A DNA stretch of 63,430 nucleotides, counting the filler, from Lenisia limosa (Eukaryota; Protista; Breviatea): NCBI GenBank assembly GCA_001655205.1. It is 8 parts of 8 records of this genome, joined end to end, with 100 filler letters (N's around TTAATTAATTAA, not from the genome) between each part and the next. Parts side by side here need not be neighbours in the genome. Positions count along the whole stretch, not along the records: positions 1 to 8,763 come from LPNZ01004963.1; positions 8,864 to 35,358 come from LPNZ01007887.1; 6 more parts are not named here. One strand, given 5' to 3'. Below are positions 1 through 10,321 of this stretch, piece by piece. The position numbers and the translations under genes were made by a program. The notes under the pieces are model-generated. The model made no database searches and was not told the DNA's origin. It was given only the letters and a program-made list of their open reading frames with translations. Every line of letters begins with the position of its first letter. Positions within the stretch are counted from its first letter, which is position 1.

Positions 1-2778
1 ATGGCGGATATTGAACAGTGGTTCGCCTGCCGGCTCCTTTCGTGGCATGGTTAGTTACTTGTTGGAATGCATAAGCTTGAGAATACTTTTGAATAGTATT
101 GCTGAATGCTTGGTATGCTCTAGAAGTCGCGGACATGAACATCGAACATGAAATAAATGCAATTAAGAGGTTTCTTATTATATGTATGTATATATTGCAG
201 GTACACGTAATCTTTATTCTATTATATTCCTGCATCTTTTCGTTACCCGACTCTGTGAAATTTATTTTTGTGTCCGAAATTGAGTTTACTTTACAATACG
301 TCACACTTCCAATATTTTCCAATAAATTGCCAGGAGTCCTCATTATTATCCATCAGATCGCCAGGGATCCGTCCATGAACTGATTGCAGCGTTTCATGTG
401 GTTCTGCCCTTTGTCCGAGGACTTCGCATGTTCCTCGACAACCCTCAGGTCCAACCGTCGTCGCTTCATTTGTCAGGAAATATGTGAGGGGCTGTATTTC
501 AAAGCCTTTGCTTTCAAACTAGCTTCAGTTCGGTTCCAAAATGAAAAATCGGAGCTCTAATATTTCCCCATATTTTGGATTTTTGTTTTTGTAAGTATTG
601 AGCAAGAAGGGATTCAGCATTTCATATATTATTTGTATCGAGTTACTTCTTCAGCTGTTCTTCTGAGATTACCCTGCCTGAAAGTGTTTCAGAAGCGATA
701 ATGGTTTGTGGGTTGCGATAATGTGGGTAATTGTAATATTGGTTTGGTGGGAATGGAGCAAGGGTTATCACCATGTTATTTTTGGGACATCTCGGCTATT
801 CCTGGATAACTCCCTGAACATTTGATTCGTACTTTCTGATACTCTTATGATATTGACTGCACTGTGTGGTTGTGATATGGTGTACTATGGAATACATGAG
901 TGTCCCACCTTTCACCATTATAGGCCCTCACGTGGTCGGCAGTTTCCATACCACCTGATGCGTGTACGCCGCCATCCCACCCGGGTCCATCCTTCCTTAA
1001 CCAGTGCTACTTATCGTTCATGTTGGAACCTCTCTTGGTCCATCTCAAGAGGAGTGTTGCTTGTCTTTCAAGTGGGTTAATTATTTCCTTCCTTATGCCC
1101 TTGTACGCTTTACTTTGTTCCAACAACTACTAATATATTTATCATGAAGATTTAAGGATTCTGTTTTTTTTTAACATAACTTTGATTTGATAACCTTCTA
1201 CGCATCTCTGCACCCCTCCAACACTGTGTTCATCATATTATCAATTATCTATTTGTTGCCTTCCCTCATCCCCTCAGACATTGACCAATCCACCTCAGAC
1301 TTTTTTCCTCTATTGCTCTCAAGAACCGAATATGTGGATGGGCTATGTTTGACAGTTGTCTCTACTAACCCCTTCATAATAACATTAATGGATGGTGATG
1401 GATGGTGATGCATAGTGATGAATGGCGATGCATAGTGATGGGTTCATTGTTCTAATCCGTTGATCAATACTGCAGTGAAGGAATATGATTCTGAAGTGGA
1501 CACAACATGTAAACACTACACAACATTCCAGGACCAACGCTCATACCCAGGACCCCACGGCGCCGCCGCCACACTGCACCTCCAATCGTCCACCCCACGA
1601 AATTCAACGCCAATACCCGGGGTTCTTCCCACTGCCATCAAACGTTGCCACTGTTGCACCCGGCCCAGACTGGGTGAGTTTTGCTGACCTGTATAGTGTA
1701 TCGATTTGCTCTTGGCAAATTTTGCTGACTTGTTATTGGGCTGTCCCTGTTGTCCAAAAAATATAATTCTCGCTATCTTCCTGACAAATAGTATCGTTTA
1801 TTGTAATTATTACTCTGACTCATTAAACTTATAACAATGCACATTTGCTGAAGGTTGGGGTTTTGAAGTATCTTCTTTATCTTATCTTGACTTCTTCAAA
1901 GAAAGAAAAAACGTTTCATCCCTGTAAATTACATTTTTAGAATGGCATGACAAATAACCCCGGACCTGGGGTGTTACGCGTTATACAAGCGCTTCAGATT
2001 TCGGGTGCGTCCTAAGAGCTCTGATGACTGACTTCTAATATGTCCCTCTTACCAAAACAGGTGATGACTACCAAACCTGGGATCCGACTTTATTGCAGTA
2101 CCCGCAACCTACTACCATCACCTCCAGCGATGAATGTCTTGCAGCTCTTCTCTGTGTCATCTCCCCTTGGACAATGCGAAAGGGGCATCCCATGGCTGAA
2201 CTGATCAGTGGGATTCCAATAGCAATGTCAACCAAGGAAATTCTATTCTTATTATACTTCGACAATTCTTCAATTAATCCTCATCAATTCCGAGATCAGA
2301 GTAAAGATGAAAATATTGAGGGTTTCTGGTTATTCAGTCTATACTGGTATACTGTAGTAGAATGGAAGAGACGTGATAAAAGTGACGTGTTTAGGTCCGA
2401 TACCTCTTTTGGAAAGTGCACCCGCTGGGCAGGAAGAATGGATGGCTGTGGGCGGGTGGAATTGAATGGGGATATCTTTGATTTATGGATACTCTCAACT
2501 CTTCTTTTATATTTTTATTTTTTTGTCTGGCAATTCATTTAATCGCTGTCGGTTTGAGACTTATGATTTCATTGAACATACCTACTTTTTTTTATCCTGA
2601 AATTGTTTTTCTTGTGAACTTTTTTTATATTATTGTATTCTGAATAAGATTATTGGGGAATAAGTCTCCATCAAGTAGGGATGTGCTGCCGGACGAGGAG
2701 TTCGATTGTGCTGTGGCCAACTACTCTGCAACGAAAAAGAAAACTCGGATTGACTTCCAATTTGATCGTTTTCACTGA
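1..2778 (+). CDS. Hypothetical multi-exon gene, model incomplete
   Basis: Exon-like segments with GT/AG borders: ...QRQYPGFFPLPSNVATVAPGPDW|GTGAG (about 1485-1674), DDYQTWDPTLLQYPQPTTITSSDECLAALLCV (from about 2068) and a terminal exon DVLPDEEFDCAVANYSATKKKTRIDFQFDRFH* (TGA 2776-2778). No family recognised. Confidence 0.35.
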
Positions 2779-3278
2779 TGTCACTGTACTAGCCTTCATT
2801 CGTTGTAAAGGACCAGCCAATTAATCCAAGATAGATCAACGCGGTGATAATTCAATGTAGGTGGTGAAGAAAACACCAGCCTGATTGCGGATCTTAGTGG
2901 ATGGAGAGTATTTGGCAAGCCAGCTAATAACATAAAATAAACCAAAGCCAAAACTACCTACCTCCTGTCAGTTTCTGCTTCGGTTAGGTTCGACTCCCAG
3001 ATATCTGAAAAATTGTCTCAGATCGATTGAACCGATGAGATCGATCAAAAAATGTCAAAATTTGATTTGTTATTTTGATGAGAAAAAAAAAAAAAAAAAA
3101 TTGAAAATACGACTTGTGATTTGTTACAGTTATTTGTCTTTATTGTATTTTATATTCAATATTGTACTCTTCTTGTCTTATGATAACAATAAAATGTTGA
3201 TCAAAATTTGGCACCCGACAACAAATAATATTCCATTCAGCACGAGTTTGAGAAAACAAATATATCTAGACACATGAA

Positions 3279-4210
3279 CTACTCAGCCTTTCCAGCATCT
3301 GTGAAGGCCTGCTTTCTCTCTTCGGGATGTTCCTTCAAATATTTGTGAACACGATCAAAGTTTTCAGAAAGAAATAGAATATTATCAATGGTGGTGGGAT
3401 CCAAAGGTCTTCCAGTATGTTAAGGCTAGTTGTGAGAACAGAGCCTCAGAATCCACACTAGCAATCTTGACAATCCAAGTATTTTTTGCTAGTTCGAATA
3501 CATCAGGTAGAACATGTCTTCTACTGTACATCTACTTGATTGAATCACCACAAATATCTTGCTTGAAGCTGTCTTGAATAATCCATACTTCACTTTGCAG
3601 AAGGCACATTTGCTCGTTCACAGCAGAAAAAATCTTTAACAGTGAGTTGAAATTGGAAAATATTTACACAATAGATATTCAACATGAGGTTTACCTTAGT
3701 CGAAAGTTGTAAGTCATTTTGCATGCTATCATCATCGGAAGCGTCGCAATCGCTCTCGGGGTTCAAACGCGCCTTCACTGGATCAACAAGAAATTCTCTA
3801 AGACGTTCTGTAGCAAGCACTTTCAATCTTTTTCTGAGTTCAGTTCTGACAATTTTGCGTTCAGAACTTTCAAGAGAGGTCATTTTGAAGGTGACTGGAC
3901 AAGTTTACATTGCCAATAGATCATTAGTAATGAATCAGAACAATAGAATATAATATAAATCTTATCATTCTTGACGAAAATCTAAATCATTCCAGAAAGC
4001 TTTGTGAAACTTCTGAAGTTCAGTCTTGATTGCAGGTCCAGTAGGGTCACTATTTTTTCAATGAATTTGGTGATCCACATCGATCGTTCCCACCGATCTG
4101 TCGATCCGGTTTGGTCTCAGCTCGATGGGGGAGTGAAGCACTACTTGCAATGTTTCCACGCGATATCTTCATCACCATTTCGGTATTCCTTAATGATATG
4201 ATTTTTTATT
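3279..4210 (-). pseudogene. Decayed hAT-superfamily transposase with C-terminal hATC dimerisation domain
   Basis: Minus strand across stops and frameshifts: LW*FNQ...LPDVFELAKNTWIVKIASVDSEALFSQLAL...LDPTTIDNILFLSENF, matching the hATC pattern WW-x-N...P-x-L-x-x-LA...S-x-x-SER-x-FS...L-x-P-x-T-x-D-x-ILFL-x-x-N. An upstream WKHCK*C fragment may be a BED finger remnant. Confidence 0.8.
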
Positions 4211-4398
4211 TCTAATGATACATCATTGTCGGAGACACCTGTGGGCGGTTCCGTTTATGGCCCGCAGCGATTAATGATAGGAAATAAAAACGATGATGAT
4301 AAGGTTTGGGGGGGGGGGGGTACCCGNNNNNNNNNNNNNNNNNNNNNNNNNNNNNNNNNNNNNNNNNNNNNNNNNNNNNNNNNNNNNNNNNNNNNNNN

Positions 4399-7300
4399 TG
4401 CGGTGCTTGTGGCTTTGAAATACCTGTGCCCACTGCATGGGTGAGTGGGCGACCAGAGAAGGCGAGAAATCGGTAAATTCTTGTTTTGTCGCTACAAACA
4501 CCATGTTAAGTGTGATTTGGTAGTTTTGTCACTTGCAAAAACTGTAAAGATGGGCGTTACTCTTTTTTTGACAGTGTAAGTTTTAGGCAAATGCTCGCAC
4601 ATAGCTACTATGAAATCTGTTACCTCCTCTCCTTCTTTTTTGTTTTTATTTTTGTTTCAACCCGTTTTTTTTTTTGTTTTTCTTTCAAACATAACTCTCG
4701 TTTATCATCACTGAGCATATCTGCTAAACTCAAACTGACTACCTTCGCGGAAGCAAATCTCCAACATCTTATTTATCACATTTGTCTTTGATATTTTGAA
4801 CAATCCTTATAGGGTGTTATCCCTATCTAGCTCTATTATAAACTTGACAATTCCTAATTGTGATAACATCCCAGCATACACACGGGTGGCGTCTAGCTAG
4901 CCCGCCGCCGCCAAAAACAATCTCCCCTGCACCCGTGGGGTACCCCGGTTTTCCATCACAGGCCGTGCCAACATACCACGATGACACCAGGGCCCCAGCC
5001 CCGCAGCCTCCTGTCCTAGTGGGGTGTCTGGATTTATGAGTGGAGAGTCTCACTCAGCCACTATGTACTGCTTATTTTTGCGTTGTTACACAATTGCAGT
5101 ACCTACACACATGTATGTTATACATAAGATGTTATTTCTAATTAACAAGGTCTTACTTACATCATCTTTACACCATAGGGTGAAGAAACAAGCATTTTGT
5201 CAGCAGACACCTTGGAGTCCATGCTGGATAGTTTCCCGTTCGAGAAGCTTGTCAACTTCTTAGCATCACTCCGGGGAGTAGACGTGGGAGAGGGGAAGTG
5301 CGGCGGAGTTTCATTTGGATCTCCAGTAACACTCTAATTCGGATTTAGGCCTGTGCGAAGCTTCAGTTCTTATTCCGACTCTTGCTTGCAGGATTTGTGG
5401 TGAGCCTGGATGTGAAATCTACAATCTTACGTTAAATCCATTCAACCTTCAAGACTTCCTACACTATGCGTTTTATTTATGGGATTTCCATTCAAGTATT
5501 ATTATTTCTTTATGCCCTTTGAAAGAACTACTTTGATTAATTCCTCAGAACTTTGGGCGATTCGCAGGTTATCACAACTCCCAAGTACGTCTTCTCCGAC
5601 ACGCCATTACAATTGTTACGGTTTTCCAAAGGTGGGGGCTTGTCTGAGTGGATGCAAAAAGTTAAGACGTGCTTTGGCGACAGATATTCACAGTTGTAGT
5701 TGTAGTTGTATATGCGTATATTGATATTTACAATGACCAGGCTACGTCTTGACCAATTTACTATGGATTAAGTCAATACTTATCCCGGTCACTCAGAGCG
5801 ATGAGAAATAAAACAAGATGGAGTATAAGAGTCAATTGATGGAGTAGACAGCTTCCGCCGGGTCCAACTTTTTTCACTTTTTAATTCTACATATCATATT
5901 AATTTAACTCCTATTTTGACCCGTACAGTTTGTACTATGAGGATACGCATGCATCTCTAGCCCAGGAAGTGAAGAAGGCCATCGCCATCGCAGCATCCGA
6001 CGCCGTTTTCCAGGTGAAATGGGTGATACTTATAATGTTAGTATTCCAAGTAGGAGGAGTGGGCGTTGTTATTAGTGTTTGTCTTAGTATTATAGCCAAA
6101 TGCTACCAAATTCTTAATATCAAAGAGCAATTAGTTTTAGTTATTATTAGGAGTAGTAGTACTATTGTAAGTAGAAGTGGTATTATCATTTGCCTGCTGG
6201 GGGAGGCACGCAGAAAGCTGTGCGCAGAGTAAGAAAAATGATTGGGTGGATTATTATAATACTATAATCCAATATATGTATAAGCGTGATGGTGTGACGG
6301 CCTCGGACAGATACATCCTTTATTTTTTCATCTTTAGAAATTTTAATTTGTTATTCACCCCCCCCCCCAGCTTATCATCACAATTCGAGAGTCTGAATCG
6401 CCGCGTTTTGTCGCCCTCATGGCGGACTTGCCCTTCAAAGCTCTTCAGGAAGATGCGGCCAAATTGGCGCTAAATCGCCTTGTGACGGGTGCTGAGGTTG
6501 GTTGCTCTTGCCTTTTTCAGGTATTCGCCAAAATTTGCGTTTTGTGTCAATTTTGACATAGTGGGTGAGGAACCATCTGAGTCCTGTTGGTTTCAGATTA
6601 TTATTGAGTTACTTCCCATCTTTGTCCTGTTGCTTTCAAACCCTTGTTGTGCCAACTGGGTTTGTTTCTTCATTTTATTATCATTAATCCCATCAGTGCC
6701 CCGATATCCTGGACGCAGTGCTACAAGCCTCAACAAGCTTGGTCCAAGAGTTTAGAGATACCCTTNNNNNNNNNNNNNNNNNNNNNNNNNNNNNNNNNNN
6801 NNNNNNNNNNNNNNNNNNNNNNNNNNNNNNNNNNNNNNNNNNNNNNNNNNNNNNNNNNGATTTTAGGCAAATTATTGGGTGAATTCATCTTACAATATCT
6901 CTGATAAGCTTGATGGTGTGGACGGCTTCGGCCATATACAACCTTGTTTTATTTCTCATTACTATATCATAATAAATAGGGTGATTTCTCGAGTGTTTTG
7001 CTTTGTAATATTAATTTTTAGCAACGATTGCTTGATAAAAATGATACATTTATTTTTTTTGATCGCACACATATTTTCGCCTCACCCATCAGGGTCCGGT
7101 TTACGTTCGTCAATTGGTTACAGCAATTCCAGTCAATAGCAGACTAGCCTCCAGACACCTGGGGGATTTGCTACGATGTGGGTGGGTAATGTATACAGTG
7201 ACCTTCACCGATTTTCTATGGAAAACAGGGGGGGTATCGTGGGTTGATGTTAGCCAAAATGTTGATTTTGGCATTTTGTTTTGTTTTAAGTTTTCCTGTT

Positions 7301-8747
7301 TACACCTCTCCCCCCAGTGGAACCTGTCCTGTTCTCGACCCTCTTGGACATTCTGGTCTCAACCACGCCCAACAACCAGGCAACCCAAACACCGCCTGAT
7401 TCATCCGAGGGTTCCAATCAAGGAGTGTCAACTGTGACCCTAGTCAGTCCTGTTGATGCCCCAACTGCACCAATCACAAGTAGTCAAGACAACGGAAGTG
7501 GTCGAAGTATTGTTGCCCCGGAAGACAACCAAGAGTTTTGGGGAGCCTTCTCGAAGCTTCCTTGGGATGTAGGCTGACTGGTTGGGTGTTTTATGTAAGT
7601 GTACTAGTAAGCGTTTTTTTATCAGTTACCTTAACAACTTGGGACGCAAAATAGAATCGATATCATGATGATAAGCTTGTTTGTTTCATATATACAGTAG
7701 TATACAATATTGTTTTCAATTTTACGACCTGCGTGTGCTTTGGTTGTTTTGTTGTGTTCAACCCTCTTGTGTTACTAGTCAATAGAGTTATTTTTGCTCT
7801 TCTTTTTTGTTTCATAAATTGTCCAATTTTGCCCTTCACTCCTCCTCCTAGTTAGTGACATCCTTGTCAACACCAGTAATCTATGGAGTTGCATCCTGGG
7901 TAAATTCGGACACTATGACCGCAAGGTGTAGACNNNNNNNNNNNNNNNNNNNNNNNNNNNNNNNNNNNNNNNNNNNNNNNNNNNNNNNNNNNNNNNNNNN
8001 NNNNNNNNNNNNNNNNNNNNNNNNNNNNNNNNNNNNNNNNNNNNNNNNNNNNNNNNNNNNNNNNNNNNTCTTGAGGAAAATTTGTCAAGACTTACCATGA
8101 TCAAGAAAAAAAAATATTTAATCATATTATACAGTATATAGATATTATATCAATATTATTACTTTTTTTCTGAAGAAGTATCACACTTAGCATTGTTCTG
8201 CGATTTCTCTGTTTTAGAGGCGGCATAATCCCTATAGGCAAGTTAGAAGCGGATCAGATTCCCAATGAGGCAGTTTCCTTATATGCGTACCTTCTCACGT
8301 GGTTGGTTTCCAGTTGCTGGAACAAATAAAGTTTAGTTTCGTGTTTTTGAAATTGAATCCCACCTTGTGATAATGAATTGATTTGAGTTTTGTTCTGTTT
8401 CATATTGTGGTATAGCTGTATCATATAAGATATACATATTAGATAAAACATCGCCACCCATTTTCCTCTAATAAATACAGAAATGGAACTATTTTTCGAG
8501 TAAAAGCGACTATCTTGGTTTTTGTTTGTTTTGTTGTTCATCCCTTGTCTGATCCGCAAATATTTAGCCAACAGAATTAATTTTTGGATTATTTTTTGTT
8601 GTTGTTATTTTTTGTTTGTTTCATATAATTTTTCATTTACCCCCCTCCCCCAGCTACCTTCCTGCTGCAGCGCCGACAGAATGCGTCGTTGCTGTTTGCT
8701 ACTTTGTGGCAAGTGCTGGCGTCGGACAATTTGAACGCAATGCCTTG
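4399..8747 (+). CDS. Hypothetical multi-exon protein (CxxC motif, Pro-rich segment, then helical region), truncated at scaffold end
   Basis: Spliceable exons: CGACGFEIPVPTAW|GTGAG, HTHGWRLASPPPPK..., LYYEDTHASLAQEVKKAIAIAASDAVFQ|GT, LIITIRESESPRFVALMADLPFKALQEDAAKLAL, VEPVLFSTLLDILV...FSKLPWD|GT, LVTSLSTPVIYGVASWVNSDTMTAR|GT. Phases are compatible at several junctions. Confidence 0.5.
5731..5794. mobile_element. MITE family C (Tc1/mariner-like), degenerate copy
   Basis: CAATGACCAGG...CTTATCCCGGTCACTC, similar to the 14445-14518 copy. Confidence 0.6.
6190..6332 (+). repeat. Repeat family B copy
   Basis: GCTGGGGGAGGCACGCAGAAAGCTGTG...AATGATTGGGTG...ATCCAATAT...AAGCGTGATGGTGTGACGGCCTCGGACAGATACA; intronic. 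Confidence 0.85.
6865..6967 (+). repeat. Repeat family B copy
   Basis: GGCAAATTATTGGGTGAATT...GATGGTGTGGACGGCTTCGGCCATATACAACCTTG...TTTCTCATTACTATAT. Confidence 0.85.
7249..7317 (+). repeat. Repeat family E copy ending at a 3' splice site
   Basis: GTTAGCCAAAATGTTGATTTTGGC...TTTACACCTCTCCCCCCAG|TGGAACC (exon VEPVLF). Similar copies at 7776-7851 and 8564-8653. Confidence 0.7.
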
Positions 8748-8763
8748 GTGGGGGGGGGGGGAC

Positions 8764-8863
8764 NNNNNNNNNNNNNNNNNNNNNNNNNNNNNNNNNNNNN
8801 NNNNNNNTTAATTAATTAANNNNNNNNNNNNNNNNNNNNNNNNNNNNNNNNNNNNNNNNNNNN
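8764..8863. other. Artificial scaffold linker (44N-TTAATTAATTAA-44N)
   Basis: Exactly 100 bp; the 12-mer puts stop codons in all six frames; repeated identically seven times. Confidence 0.97.
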
Positions 8864-9684
8864 AAAAAAAAACAACTCTGCTGGCTAAACATTTGGGAAC
8901 ACCAATTTCAACATCCCTCGCACCATACACGCCACCAAAAGGACCGTACACCATGTTGAAAGCCGTGTGAGACAGCTCATGTTCATGAAGTTTGTTCAGC
9001 TCGAAGTACACGCCCTGTTATGTGAACTCAATACACACAAAGATCCAGTAAATATGACCGATATCTACAATGTCAGACTCCAACGGAATCAAGTTCTTCA
9101 AAACTGGTCGAAACATTAAGTGGTTCTGATGCCGAAACTCCTCCTTTTCCCTGAGTCACTGCAAACTACAAGGCCCATTTAGAATTTAGCTCACCTGTCC
9201 TGAAGCCATGACAGAGTAGATGACAAGATGTCGGGGATGCAGAATGGCAAGCGTCTGTCCTTCGTGCGCTCTGCTCAAGTCAATTCAAAAAAAAAACAAC
9301 AAAAGATGCCACACATATATTGATTCATAGATTATTGATGCAATAAAGTTCAAAGTTCAAAGCAGTTTTACACTACATTACTCTCGCACTGTGAGAATCT
9401 TCCCGAGCAAATCTGAAGAATGGGCCGTCTGAGGTCTTCCTCAAGAAGAAGATCCTCAGCAACATAAGGCTTGCTTGACGGCTGGTAGATGCGAAGCACG
9501 CCCTTAAAGCCTCCCGTAACAATCTTGGCTGTTTTAATCAGTTTGGCAAGGTAGAAGGCAAGAGCAAACCTTTATGTTCATGGGAATTGTCAATGTTAGT
9601 TACCAGAAGTCCTCCAGTGTCGTATTCATCGTCATCCGCGAGCACTGGTGCTGCCCACCACTCTCTGCATTCAAAGAGCGACAT
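8864..9684 (-). CDS. BBS9: BBSome subunit BBS9/PTHB1, N-terminal exons, truncated by linker
   Basis: Spliced: MSLFECREWWAAPVLADDDEYDTGGLLVTNIDNSHEHK-AKIVTGGFKGVLRIYQPSSKPYVAEDLLLEEDLRRPILQICSGRF-...LAILHPRHLVIYSV...-HEHELSHTAFNMVYGPFGGVYGARD. This parallels the PTHB1 N-terminus (MSLFKARDWW...KIIVGSF.GYLRIF...AEDLLLEVDLRDPVLQ...YEHNLQRTACNMTYGSFGGVKGRD). Confidence 0.95.
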
Positions 9685-10321
9685 CTGAGACGACTACTGC
9701 CAGTAGCTCCTCCTAGTACATATCAGATCTAACCGCCCTCTTCCTGATGGTGATTTCTTCCCCACTAAATAGAGTATAGGTGCGGTGGTATGTGCAGCTC
9801 TTTGAATGATGGAAATTGGGAAATGGAGGGGAAAATCCAAAAAAATTAAGAACAAATTGCGCCGGCGTCTTGTCTGTCCCTTTTTTGCAAAAATCAATCG
9901 ATTTTCCTGCATTTCATATTTCATACCATTTCACTTCACAAACTTTAACACCAATTTAGTCAAAATTAACATCAGAACATTCACCAATTGCACACGACAT
10001 GACACCATGAATCCATGTTTCACGATATGATATAATAATTGTTTACATTCCTCACAACAGTGCAACCGGTCGACGCACTTCACAATAGAAAAAACTTCCT
10101 TGCTTTAATATTGAATTGAGTCTATTTCGCCATGTGAGCCGGGGGGGGGGNNNNNNNNNNNNNNNNNNNNNNNNNNNNNNNNNNNNNNNNNNNNNNNNNN
10201 NNNNNNNNNNNNNNNNNNNNNNNNNNNNNNNNNNNNNNNNAATAGGGATATTAGGCGGATTATGGACGCCGAGTAAAAATCAAAGTTGCATTCCATAGAC
10301 TCATTATCTAGGGAGCCTTCA

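Noticed and set aside
2987-2997. GGTTCGACTCC, a tRNA T-arm/B-box match
   Set aside because: No A-box or cloverleaf upstream. The GGTTCGA in MITE A is likewise just part of the TIR.
8808-8819. TTAATTAATTAA palindrome recurring seven times
   Set aside because: Always flanked by exactly 44 N on each side; an assembly spacer with stops in six frames. No synteny should be inferred across it.
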